64,000 nt of DNA from an uncultured delta proteobacterium (GTDB lineage: Bacteria > Desulfobacterota > RBG-13-43-22): contig CAWBOS010000015.1 in assembly GCA_963790475.1 (NCBI GenBank), positions 448,001-512,000 on the forward strand. The letters are read 5' to 3'. Positions 30,503 to 39,917 of this stretch are shown here, in pieces. The stretch's first letter is position 1; each line of letters opens with the position of its first letter. The position numbers were made by a program, and so were the translations under genes. The notes beneath the pieces were generated by a model. It had not been told where the DNA came from and did no database searches. It was given only the letters and a program-made list of their open reading frames with translations.

Positions 30503-31410
30503 GATTCCACCGGGTAATTTTTTTCCTTCCAGGCCGTCAATCCGTCCCTCAGAATTTTCACGTTGGTGAAGCCTCGGATAACCAGTTTTTCGGCCACTTT
30601 TTCGTCATAATGCTCGCTGATGGTTCTTCCATAGACAATGATTTCTTTGGACTTGTCCGTCTTTTCCAGTCTCAAATCATACATAAAATCGAATGTGGAC
30701 AAAGGAAGATTCAGTGCGTTCTTGATGTGTTCCTGTTCAAAAAAAATGGCGGGTGTGGCATCTACCATGAGGAGCTCTCCTTGTTGGTATTTTTCATAAA
30801 TATCCGAAGGATTCGTGAAGGAAATGGCCGGATCCGCAAAACTTTTTTGAAAAAGAGGGATACCCGTGGGGTTGGAGGCATTAAAAACAAAAGCCATTAA
30901 TACGCTGATGAAAACAATAGGAATGTAGTCAATCCATCTGAAGCGGGGACGTTCAAGTTGCAATTTGGTCTGCTTTTCGATTAAGGAACCGGCCCTCTGA
31001 AGCCAGTGAGAAAACCCTTTGCCGAGCGCCGCCGTCACCTCAGGATAATCTTTCATAATGGGTTCAAACCGATCCCTGGAAATCATGATCAAACGGGTTT
31101 CCTCAAGGGTCTTTACCGAAGCTGGGACCGGTTCGCTGGAGAGGAGGTTGAATTCACCGAAACTCTCGCCCGGACCTAATTGCCCCAGCTCATATTCAAG
31201 ACCTCCCTTACCGGGTCTGGATAGCTTTACTTTTCCGGAGATGATAATACAGCAAACTTTGCCTATGTCTCCCATTTTAGCAAGGGTAGTGTCCTTGGGG
31301 ATCGTCATGGTAAGGGAAACTTCGGCAATGGCCTCGAGGGCTTCCTGACTTAAGCTCCCGAACAAGTGGCTTTTAGCGAGGGTTTCTCTGATTTCGGTTT
31401 TCTCATCCAT
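30499..31410 (-). CDS. cNMP-binding domain - TM - rhodanese-like fusion protein
   Basis: LGPGESFGE cNMP motif, one TM helix, HIKNALNLP..GLTAW rhodanese fold lacking the catalytic Cys (VYG). Confidence 0.8.
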   Translation of the reverse strand: MDEKTEIRETLAKSHLFGSLSQEALEAIAEVSLTMTIPKDTTLAKMGDIGKVCCIIISGKVKLSRPGKGGLEYELGQLGPGESFGEFNLLSSEPVPASVKTLEETRLIMISRDRFEPIMKDYPEVTAALGKGFSHWLQRAGSLIEKQTKLQLERPRFRWIDYIPIVFISVLMAFVFNASNPTGIPLFQKSFADPAISFTNPSDIYEKYQQGELLMVDATPAIFFEQEHIKNALNLPLSTFDFMYDLRLEKTDKSKEIIVYGRTISEHYDEKVAEKLVIRGFTNVKILRDGLTAWKEKNYPVES

Positions 31411-31698
31411 AATTAAATTGAAGCTTCCTACGACAAGACTACGGCGAGCTCTTGGCCTCGCTCTAAGTGAGGCTGAACGTTGTTGGGCGCGCGAATAAAT
31501 CTTTAACAAAAAGATTTATTCAGAACATAGGCCGCAGTGAAGAAAGGTAAATCGCAATCCTGCGAAATGCCGACCGAACAACCTTTTCGAGTCTATCATG
31601 TTTAAATATATCACAAAGACGTCACTTTGGCAATCAAAACTACCCGACAGGGAGTGTAGTCAAGGGCGAGGTCGACCGGACCTTCTTATTGACAGGGC

Positions 31699-32598
31699 TT
31701 AGCCCTCGACCGCCACTTCAATCGGCACCCCTTGCGGAAAGCTCAAGATGACGGCCGGGACTTGGAGTTCATCGTTGTGGTCATAGGTCTCCCGCAGCGT
31801 CTTCCAGTCAAGATCCGGGTCGGCGATCAGTTTGGCGAGAGAATCAATTCGCACAATTCTTTTCTCTGAGAGGCTGATCCCTGGCCCCATATCCCGAGCG
31901 ATCCCCCAGTAGTCCCAGGGCAGCATTTCGCGTTTGTTGAGGGCGGCCAGATCGCGTACCACGCTTGAGGCCACAAACCACTCGCCGGTGATGCCAACTG
32001 ACGACACCCCGCATTTGGCGGGATCTGTGTGCCCGGATCTTATGCCGAGCCAGGCCGAATCCGCGGTAAGAAATCGATCCCGCGGTACATCGCAGGGATC
32101 GAAGGGAACGCCGAAGTGCCTGCGCACACTTGAAGTCAGCTCCGGATCCATCAACCGCCAGCCAGTCCCGTGCCAGTACTCAGTGACCCAGTGGTCGTCA
32201 TAGAAACCCGGATCGAAATAGTCGGCGAATCCGACCCTTAAACGGGCAGGTATCCCTTGGTGACGAAAGTTGCTGCAGGCCAGGAGCGCGTAATGACGGC
32301 AAACACCGATGAGCCGCTTCTCCGGGATTCGTTTCTTGTCCAGCGATCCGGAGTCCCGCGACAGGATACGCCTTAACATCTCAGGCAAATGCCTGCTTTC
32401 GGCGTCATCAACGCTCTCAGGCGGGCTAACGATACCGGCCGGTTCGACAAAGGCCTTGTGCAATACCAGCCCGCCGACGGCATCCAGAACACCCTTAGGA
32501 TCTTTCGGCAAGGGATCGAGAAGTTGGCGCAGGTCTCCGGGATCAGACTCGATGCTATGGCTGCTGTAATAACGTCTTTCCTCTGGTGTCATTGTCAT
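31699..32598 (-). CDS. Transglutaminase-like protein
   Basis: GVCRHYA, PARLRVGF, DHWVTEYW..WRLMD triad; GC-rich relative to neighbours. Confidence 0.85.
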   Translation of the reverse strand: MTMTPEERRYYSSHSIESDPGDLRQLLDPLPKDPKGVLDAVGGLVLHKAFVEPAGIVSPPESVDDAESRHLPEMLRRILSRDSGSLDKKRIPEKRLIGVCRHYALLACSNFRHQGIPARLRVGFADYFDPGFYDDHWVTEYWHGTGWRLMDPELTSSVRRHFGVPFDPCDVPRDRFLTADSAWLGIRSGHTDPAKCGVSSVGITGEWFVASSVVRDLAALNKREMLPWDYWGIARDMGPGISLSEKRIVRIDSLAKLIADPDLDWKTLRETYDHNDELQVPAVILSFPQGVPIEVAVEG

Positions 32599-32630
32599 CC
32601 TCCTCTAAAACTCTCATTCCCCTATAAGGA

Positions 32631-34049
32631 TTATCCGGTTCGGCGGCGGAGGTATTTGTAGTATTGAAGGGCATTTCTCAAGGCCTGGGCGCACCGCTCG
32701 AAGGAAAGAAAAACCGGGATGCCCATACCCTGCAAGTTGAACATGATATCTTTTATTTCCTTTTCGGCATCGGGATTATAGAGCATGGACACAACCATCA
32801 GGGGTTTGGAGTTTCTTTTCTTGACACTGTCCAATAGGTCCCTGGCCCCTTTCATTTGTTCGGGTGTGAAATGCCACCCCGGTTTCGTGGAAACAAAATA
32901 AACCAGATTGTCAATATGGGGATCCTGGGCGACGATATCCATAACCCGTTTCATATCCCTTCGAACCGGTCCGGCGGAATCGATGGGATTACGGTAACTG
33001 CCTCCCACGGGTCCGAAGAAGGTCTCCAGTTCATCATAGGATTCCTGGGTAAGCTGGGGCACATTCAGCCCGGATTCGGCAAAAATGTCGGTGGCGGTCA
33101 CGGAGTGGCCTCCCGGCCCTCCGGCAATGGCCACCCTTTTTCCTTGAATAGCGGGAAGAAAGAGTAAGGCCTTCAGGGTATCGATCAGTTCCTCCAGGCT
33201 GGTCACCTGCAGGGCTCCACATTGATTGATTGCCGAATCCCAGATGTCCCTGGACGAGGCCAGGGACCCGGTGTGGGAGGCCGTGGCCCGCCCGCCTTCC
33301 TCCGTTCGTCCGCCCTTCCAGAGGACCACCGGTTTTCGAGCGGCCACCTCCTTCAATACGGAAAGAAAATGACGGCCGTTCTTCACCCCTTCCAGATACA
33401 TGCCGATGCCCTTGATTTCCGGGTCCTGGCCGAAATACTCCAGGAAATCCGGTGAATCCACCACTACTCCATTGCCGAAGCTCACCGATTTGTTGATGTC
33501 CAACCCCTGATCATGACCGTCCAGGCTGAAGGCAATGGCAATGCTCCCGCTCTGAGAAATAAAGCCCAGGGGACCGGAAGCACCAGTATATTGCTCGGCG
33601 CTCTGTTTTATCCCCACCCGGGGATTGAACAGCCCCATGCAATTGGGACCGATGAGATGAAACCCGGCCTTTTCCGCCTTTTTCACCAGCCGTCGTTCCA
33701 GGATCATTCCTTCTTCGGTATTGGTTTCAGAAAAACCGGCACTGAAGAAATGGGCCGCAGCCACATCCTTGCGAATGCAGTCATCCAGAACTCCGACAGT
33801 CACATTTCTGGGTACAGCGACAATAGCCAGGTCCACAGGTTCGGGAATATCGACCAGGCTGGGGTAATTTTCGATCCCCAGCGCCTTGATATCCTCAAAA
33901 GATTTGGGATTGAGATGGACGGAATAAAGTTTTCCCTTAAACGATTGGTGAGCTTTCAGCCAGTTGAAGTTATTACTTTTGCTGTCCCCGACCACGGCCA
34001 CCACCCGTGGATTAAAGGCTCGATGCAATTTATCGAAATCGACTTTCAT
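32631..34049 (-). CDS. Acyl-CoA synthetase (NDP-forming) alpha-type CoA-binding protein
   Basis: VDLAIVAVP, SAGFSE, GPNCMG, SQSG, ASHTG. Confidence 0.88.
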   Translation of the reverse strand: MKVDFDKLHRAFNPRVVAVVGDSKSNNFNWLKAHQSFKGKLYSVHLNPKSFEDIKALGIENYPSLVDIPEPVDLAIVAVPRNVTVGVLDDCIRKDVAAAHFFSAGFSETNTEEGMILERRLVKKAEKAGFHLIGPNCMGLFNPRVGIKQSAEQYTGASGPLGFISQSGSIAIAFSLDGHDQGLDINKSVSFGNGVVVDSPDFLEYFGQDPEIKGIGMYLEGVKNGRHFLSVLKEVAARKPVVLWKGGRTEEGGRATASHTGSLASSRDIWDSAINQCGALQVTSLEELIDTLKALLFLPAIQGKRVAIAGGPGGHSVTATDIFAESGLNVPQLTQESYDELETFFGPVGGSYRNPIDSAGPVRRDMKRVMDIVAQDPHIDNLVYFVSTKPGWHFTPEQMKGARDLLDSVKKRNSKPLMVVSMLYNPDAEKEIKDIMFNLQGMGIPVFLSFERCAQALRNALQYYKYLRRRTG

Positions 34050-34114
34050 GCCGAACTCCCTTTTTCATCATAGGCGCTTAGTGAATCAACATCGACAAAA
34101 TTTTGTCGATAATA

Positions 34115-35773
34115 TTATGCTGCCATTTTATAAATTTCAAAAATTTGTTGCATCTCATGTTGGATATTTTTGTAATGAATATCGATAGTAGAGAAGTTTC
34201 CAGGTTTTGGTCCGGGATGATGCTTTTCAGCGCCAGCGAGCAGAGGAATCAATATTTTTTCCCGCAGAACAAGGACAGCCGTCATCGAACGCAAGCCCAC
34301 CGGGGTGGCCATATAACAGCGCGAATGGCCGATCATTTGAACCAGATCTTTACCTCTAAACTTTTTCAAGTCATAAGAAGCCTGCCGAGCCTGATACCGG
34401 CTCTGCGGGATTCTGAGAATTTCCCGGACTTTTTCTGCCAGATTCGCAGCCGTAAATCCACGGGGATGGATAGAAAGAGCAATAACAGCTTCCATGACCG
34501 CCCGGATACGAGGCCGATTGATATCGACCCCTCCCACGGAGGTGGCTCCAACCTTAGAGGGCAGAGGCCACTTCTCCAAGGTACCGTTATCAATAAAAGA
34601 AACATCGACCCCGTTCAGAACGGTGAGGAATCTTTCCAGGACTTCTTTAAGGGATTCGCAGATCTGTGGGAAACGATCGATCCGTTTTCCGCAACGCAAC
34701 TGACTCGTATTGTGAATAATAACCTCGGTTCGGAGAACCCTTTCGCCTTTGCTATACATCTTGACCGTCATTTTTCCAAAATGGATTTTGAAGATCGTCA
34801 GATCATAGACAGGTCTCTCGACCGTGATCTCGAATCGAGGCAACGGTTTCTTGCCGTGATGACTGAATGGCCGGTGTCGATAGCCAAAAATAGTTCGAAC
34901 CGTCTTGAGATTCAAAGGGGCTCTGGTTCGATCGATCAAGCCCTGGAACACCTGATCCAAAGTTCGGCCTCGGTTAAAAAGCAGATTGCGGCTATACTCC
35001 ATCTGATAAACAGAATAACTGTAATGGAAGCCACTGGCTTTCTGCTCCGAAAGATCCAAGGCAAAACAAAGACAGGCCGAATAAATCCATTGATCGCAGG
35101 TCCGAACCAGACGCCCTACAGAGCACGAGGCCCTCATGGTATCCGCGATGTGGTCCAGACCTGCGCTATCGGTCACTGCCGTAAAGCAGTTACCTTCTTT
35201 AGTAAAGACAAGCCCTTGTTTCATGGCCTGACGGGATAGATATTCATGTCCGTTCAGGATGATCTGGGCATTAAAAGGAGGATGGGGACAGAGTTTGATG
35301 GTCAGATGTCCCCATTCCGGATCCATTATGTGGAACGAATAATGGTTGACATAGGGGTAAGGGGTCTTGGTGGAAATGTTACTGATCCCCCCGCTTTTAG
35401 ATCGCTGAATGTGGAAAAGGGGTGCCGGAGCAATCCCGGCCAGAATACAAAATACACCCCGAAAGTTCGGATCCCCGGGAATATATTGCTCGGCCACCTC
35501 GTGCTTTCGTTCACCGCGCTGGCAATGGATCAAGGGAATACCTTCTTTCTTAGCATAGGCATGAATCCGTCGGCTGAGTCGTCCGGCAAAACGCATCAGG
35601 TTGGTATCATTCAGATCGTTATCTGTTCCCTTCAAGGCCCGCCACCAGGTTCTAAATCCTCCAGGGGACTGGCCAAAAATGAAATAGGCATTGAGCACAA
35701 TACGATCAATACAATCATAAATGCCGTCAAGGTAGTCTTGATATTGCTTGCAAAATTCATCTGCCATGATCAT
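34115..35773 (-). CDS. 552-aa putative transposase/Rep-like protein with C-terminal winged helix
   Basis: QMEYSRN / KMYSK / LRTE motifs in Rep_trans-like order; wHTH RGFTAANL..SYDLKKFRGKDLV..Y; no DDE or DEDD signature recognised. Confidence 0.6.
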   Translation of the reverse strand: MIMADEFCKQYQDYLDGIYDCIDRIVLNAYFIFGQSPGGFRTWWRALKGTDNDLNDTNLMRFAGRLSRRIHAYAKKEGIPLIHCQRGERKHEVAEQYIPGDPNFRGVFCILAGIAPAPLFHIQRSKSGGISNISTKTPYPYVNHYSFHIMDPEWGHLTIKLCPHPPFNAQIILNGHEYLSRQAMKQGLVFTKEGNCFTAVTDSAGLDHIADTMRASCSVGRLVRTCDQWIYSACLCFALDLSEQKASGFHYSYSVYQMEYSRNLLFNRGRTLDQVFQGLIDRTRAPLNLKTVRTIFGYRHRPFSHHGKKPLPRFEITVERPVYDLTIFKIHFGKMTVKMYSKGERVLRTEVIIHNTSQLRCGKRIDRFPQICESLKEVLERFLTVLNGVDVSFIDNGTLEKWPLPSKVGATSVGGVDINRPRIRAVMEAVIALSIHPRGFTAANLAEKVREILRIPQSRYQARQASYDLKKFRGKDLVQMIGHSRCYMATPVGLRSMTAVLVLREKILIPLLAGAEKHHPGPKPGNFSTIDIHYKNIQHEMQQIFEIYKMAA

Positions 35774-35774
35774 C

Positions 35775-35939
35775 GGTCTTTCCCTGGTCGATCTTTTGAT
35801 ATGGAGGGCTCCCCAGTCATTGCCGGGGCCCCTTCTCGGCGGCTGCGAGAATGGGCCCCTGAGCGGCTCGTCGGAGCAGCCGCCTCAATTAGAGGTTCTT
35901 TTACAGCTAATATCGGGGCTACCCCTTAAGGGAAAGACC
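35775..35939 (-). ncRNA. Structured 5' leader / candidate ncRNA of the element
   Basis: 11-bp closing stem GGTCTTTCCCT/AGGGAAAGACC; internal stems GGGGCCC/GGGCCCC, TTCTCG/CGAGAA, GCGGCT/AGCCGC. Confidence 0.5.
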
Positions 35940-36087
35940 AGATTAAAGACTCCGGGCTTTTAAGTCAACTGCCCTGTTAGGGGCCACCTCTTCCGGGGAA
36001 CTCCCGGACGAGGCGTAGAATCTTATTAGGATCAACCAAGAATTTTCCTATATCATTTTATGCATCTAAAATTTCAAACGGGTTTGG

Positions 36088-36828
36088 CTAATGTTCTTTA
36101 TTCCATTCAACGGCCACAATTCTATTTCCGTTAACCTGCGCCGCTTCGTCAGAGGCCAGATAAATGGCGGCCGGGGCCATGACCTCCGGTTTTAAAAGCC
36201 CGGAGAGCTGTTCTTTGGAAATTTTTGCCGGGACCATCCCGGTAAGGGTCGCACCGCCCGGCAGGAGCATATTTAAAGTGACCCCGGTCCCTTCCAATTC
36301 TTTAGACCAGATGGTGCTCATGGATTCCAGGGCCGCCTTGGAAGGACCATAAGGACTGAAGCCCTTCCGCCTCATAGTCCGTTCATGAACAGAAATATTA
36401 ATAATACGACCCCATTTTTGTTCTAACATAATGGGAACTACGGCCCGGGTCATTAGAAAAACGCCATTGATATTAGTGTCGATGATCATCCTCCATATCT
36501 CGGGATCCGTTTTCCAAAAAAAGGCCGGAGTCGTTGTAAAATCCTCACTGACATATTTCATGCCTCGGGCCGCATTATTGACCAGAATATCAATCCTTCC
36601 GTACTTAGACAGGGTGGTCTTGACCACGTTGGACACATCCTCTATTTTGGTGACATCGGCCTGAACGGCAGTACCACCGGTCAGGGAGGCGACCTCTTGA
36701 ATCTCATTCCATTCCCGGGCGGCAGTCACAATAAGTCGAGCCCCCTCTTGGGCATAGGCTAAGGCCATCGCCCGGCCGATGCCCCTGCCGCCGCCGGTGA
36801 TGATAGCCACTTTTTCCTTCAGTTTCAT
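36088..36828 (-). CDS. Short-chain dehydrogenase/reductase
   Basis: TGGGRGIG, NNA, YGPSK. Confidence 0.93.
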   Translation of the reverse strand: MKLKEKVAIITGGGRGIGRAMALAYAQEGARLIVTAAREWNEIQEVASLTGGTAVQADVTKIEDVSNVVKTTLSKYGRIDILVNNAARGMKYVSEDFTTTPAFFWKTDPEIWRMIIDTNINGVFLMTRAVVPIMLEQKWGRIINISVHERTMRRKGFSPYGPSKAALESMSTIWSKELEGTGVTLNMLLPGGATLTGMVPAKISKEQLSGLLKPEVMAPAAIYLASDEAAQVNGNRIVAVEWNKEH

Positions 36829-37114
36829 CGTCTCCTCCAGGGATTATTTTATTCAAGACCTAGAATTTTTTGATAGGAAAAGAGTATAGGATGGAGAAGA
36901 AATGAGAGTCAAGGGGAAAAGCAGATGGAAAAGAGTTGACGCCCCTTACAGATCTTCCTATACTTCTCCTGCCCATAAGGAAATCGTGATTGGCTCTTTT
37001 TCAAGAACTGGTGATGATAGAAGTATTGGAGGGTTAGAGTCCGCTCCGGGCGGGCTTGATCCTTGAATCCTTGAAGCTTTTTTCAGCAGAACTACCGGAG
37101 GGGGTAAAATTGAA

Positions 37115-37519
37115 ATGAGTCTGGAATCGGATTTTGAGTCCATCCCGATCGGATTCGATCTGGGAGAATGGGAAATGATCCTGGACGAGAAGACGGTCAA
37201 TGGCCATGCGGATCTTATGCAATGGCAGTCCCGGGAGGTTATCGATAAACTGCATTGTGCCCCGCCGGGGATTTCCATCGGAATACACCCGCGGATGCAA
37301 TTCGCCAAGTTTACTTTTTTACGTTCGGCCATTTGGGCCAAGAGCGAGCATGAATTTCTAAAACCTTTTAAGATCGGTACCAGGATCAGCATTCGAGGCA
37401 GGATAGTCGATAAGTTTGTCAAGCGGGGACGGTTCTACAAAGTAGCTGAGTTTGAGACCCTGGATGAAAACGGCCAGGTTTTAATGAGAAGCCGGGAGAC
37501 GGGCATTAATGTCGAATAA
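37115..37519 (+). CDS. Hot-dog fold (MaoC-like) protein
   Basis: EHEFLKP..G.IVDKFVKRGRFY pattern; GGAGG RBS. Confidence 0.7.
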   Translation: MSLESDFESIPIGFDLGEWEMILDEKTVNGHADLMQWQSREVIDKLHCAPPGISIGIHPRMQFAKFTFLRSAIWAKSEHEFLKPFKIGTRISIRGRIVDKFVKRGRFYKVAEFETLDENGQVLMRSRETGINVE

Positions 37520-37677
37520 TTGAGACCGTTGAAAAATGTCCCCTTTTGCTCAATCTCTGCGTCAGACTCAAATTTCAATCCTCGAAATATTTCATATATT
37601 CCTCCGGTTGAAATTTTCGCCTTCCTGGATCTTAACCAAAATTGAACATTTTTCCATGCTATTTGGGGAGAAAAGTG

Positions 37678-38070
37678 ATGAATAAAGAAAATATACAAAC
37701 CGGACAAGAGATTCCCGGTCTATCCAAAACCGCTTTCACGCCGATCGAAGAAGACGCGCGCAATCCGATCCATACCGATGAATACGCCCGGAAACACGGG
37801 ATGCGGGGGGCGCTGGTTCCCGGGTCTACCCTGCTCAGTTATATGCTGGAGATGCTTTACAACGCTTTTGAAGAAAAATGGCTGGTCTTCGGAAAGATCA
37901 AGATCTCCTTTGTCGGAGGAGGGGCTTTAAACGGAGATCAGGTAACCGTTCATGGGAAAGTAAAATTGATTGAAACCCAGGAAGCTGGTGACCGGGTTAC
38001 GCTGGACCTGTTGATGGAAAACCAGGAGGGCGTCAAGATCATGGTCGGCGAGGCGAGCTGTCTCATGTAA
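37678..38070 (+). CDS. MaoC-family dehydratase
   Basis: NPIHTDEYARKHG..LVPG hydratase motif. Confidence 0.82.
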   Translation: MNKENIQTGQEIPGLSKTAFTPIEEDARNPIHTDEYARKHGMRGALVPGSTLLSYMLEMLYNAFEEKWLVFGKIKISFVGGGALNGDQVTVHGKVKLIETQEAGDRVTLDLLMENQEGVKIMVGEASCLM

Positions 38071-38265
38071 TCTAAAAACATTTAAGTTACTATTACAAGG
38101 GCAGTAAAATATATAAGAATTGTAATTCTTAGAATAACGGAATCGATCAAAAATGATCTCGAAAAAATAAAGGAAAGCCTATTTCCGTCATTCCTCTTCT
38201 ATGTTGAAAAGCAAGTCTTTTTTATAGAGGATAAGTTTTATGGTTTTTAGTTTTTCAAAGAGAAA

Positions 38266-38349
38266 CCTTGGTATGGATGACTGCCTGTGTATTTCTCTGC
38301 CAATTTGAGTATCCGCAAGAGTCCACACCGGCAGTCATCCATACCAAGG
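38266..38349. repeat. 84-bp hairpin with perfect 20-bp arms
   Basis: CCTTGGTATGGATGACTGCC / GGCAGTCATCCATACCAAGG. Confidence 0.8.
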
Positions 38350-38479
38350 CCAATTCTCGCAATCTTCCCTCTTACCGAAGGAGAGGGCGTGAAAGTCGAT
38401 CCGTCGAATAATTTAGAACAATTTTTTAGAGTTGAGCCAATTTTTAAAATCAATCTTCTATCAGCAGACATGTCCTAAC

Positions 38480-38835
38480 GGATAGCTGCAGTACCTTGAT
38501 TATATTTTAAAACGTGGGCACGGAGTCTGGCGAAGAGCAGACATCATCTGACAATGCGCTGCAGGAATGACACACCGTTTGCCCACGAACCCGATTTATC
38601 GGATTGGTTGCCCCTCAGTCCGGTTATCATTGAACTACGCCCGGAACATATTCCGCTTGGTTCTTTAACACATAGCGAATGCGGTTCAGGAGCCTTCGAG
38701 CGATCTTAACGATGGCTTTTGTTTCACGCATCCGTTGGCCATATTCATTAAAGGCCAGGAGCAGTACCGGATCTTTGCGGGCGGCCACCCAGGCCGCTTC
38801 GATCAGTACGGCTCTTAATTGGGAATTCCGCCGAA
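38480..38835 (-). mobile_element. IS110-family remnant: transposase C-terminus plus 3' non-coding end
   Basis: RNSQLRAVLIEAAWVAARKDP..KAIVKIARRLLNRIRYVL is a typical IS110 C-terminus; stop at 38627. Confidence 0.75.
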
Positions 38836-39002
38836 AGGACGTAAATCGATTGACCAGAGAAATCCAATTTGCTAACATATTCCATGGCATATTACGAGAT
38901 TATCAGTAACAACGCTATCCCGAAATTAAACTTTCTTAAGTTTCGATCCGAGCTTACTTAAAACTTTATTTGCCGGAGTAATATTTCAAAGGAGGTTCAT
39001 CC

Positions 39003-39917
39003 ATGTCCAAACTGATGCAGGATACTACCTTCCATTTTACCGATCCTGACGGATTCCAGGTCTTTGTTCGTCAATGGGTGCCGCCTGTCGGTTTAAACCC
39101 CAAGGCCGTAGTCCAGATCGCCCACGGCGCGGCTGAACACAGCCTGCGGTATGAACGGGTGGGAAAGTTCCTTAATAACGCTGGGTACCTGGTCTATGCC
39201 AATGACCACCGCGGCCATTGGAAAACGGCCGGTTCCCTGGATCAGGCCGGCATAGCCGGCATCGACGGTTGGAACGGAATCGTTAGAGACGCCAAACAAC
39301 TGACCGACATCATCAAGAAGGAAAATCCGGGACTACCCGTCTTTTTGTTCGGCCACAGCATGGGCTCTTTGCTTTCTCAGCATTATATCCAGCGCTGGGG
39401 AAGCGGGCTTAAGGGTGTTGTGCTGTGCGGCTCTTCGGGGGCGCGCCCGGATTTGGAGAAGAATATATCATCCTTAGAGAAGCTGCCCCGGGAAGATATC
39501 TCCAAAGCCATGTTCAGGGATGTTAACAAGCGCTTCGAGCCGGGCCGGACCGGCTTTGAATGGCTCAGCCGGGATGAGGCCGAAGTGCAGAAATACGTGG
39601 ATGATCCCTGGTGCGGCTTTCCGTTCACCTTTGGCTTTTCATTGGATTTACTCAAAGGAATAGTGGAAGGCTGGAAGCCGGAAAACGAAGCCCTCATCCC
39701 CAGGGATCTGCCGGTTTCTATTATTTCCGGTGACGATGATCCGGCGGCGGGAGAGAACGCGGCTAATTTAAAGTTGCTGATCGATCGTTATAAGGCCTTG
39801 GGCCTTAAGGACTTAACGGCCCAGCTGTATCCGGGGGCGCGTCATGAGATCCTCAATGAAACCAACCGCGATGAGGTGCATCGGGATTTACTGGCCTGGT
39901 TCGATTCCCATTTGTGA
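39003..39917 (+). CDS. Alpha/beta hydrolase (lysophospholipase/monoglyceride lipase family)
   Basis: HGAAEH, DHRGH, GHSMG, RHEILNE. Confidence 0.92.
   Translation: MSKLMQDTTFHFTDPDGFQVFVRQWVPPVGLNPKAVVQIAHGAAEHSLRYERVGKFLNNAGYLVYANDHRGHWKTAGSLDQAGIAGIDGWNGIVRDAKQLTDIIKKENPGLPVFLFGHSMGSLLSQHYIQRWGSGLKGVVLCGSSGARPDLEKNISSLEKLPREDISKAMFRDVNKRFEPGRTGFEWLSRDEAEVQKYVDDPWCGFPFTFGFSLDLLKGIVEGWKPENEALIPRDLPVSIISGDDDPAAGENAANLKLLIDRYKALGLKDLTAQLYPGARHEILNETNRDEVHRDLLAWFDSHL

Larger units (their letters stand above)
34071..35965 (-). mobile_element. Putative unclassified insertion element without TIRs (boundaries approximate)
   Basis: Single large ORF, structured 5' leader and 3' palindrome; sits ~20 bp upstream of the acyl-CoA synthetase start. 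Confidence 0.6.

Noticed and set aside
34103-35239. 378-aa plus-strand ORF as a second gene of the element
   Set aside because: Fully antisense to the 552-aa ORF, TTG start inside the palindrome, no recognisable motifs; probably a shadow ORF.
38247-38471. 74-aa ORF after a GTTAGGA box as an integron cassette
   Set aside because: No complete attC hairpin, and the ORF runs through the 84-bp inverted repeat.
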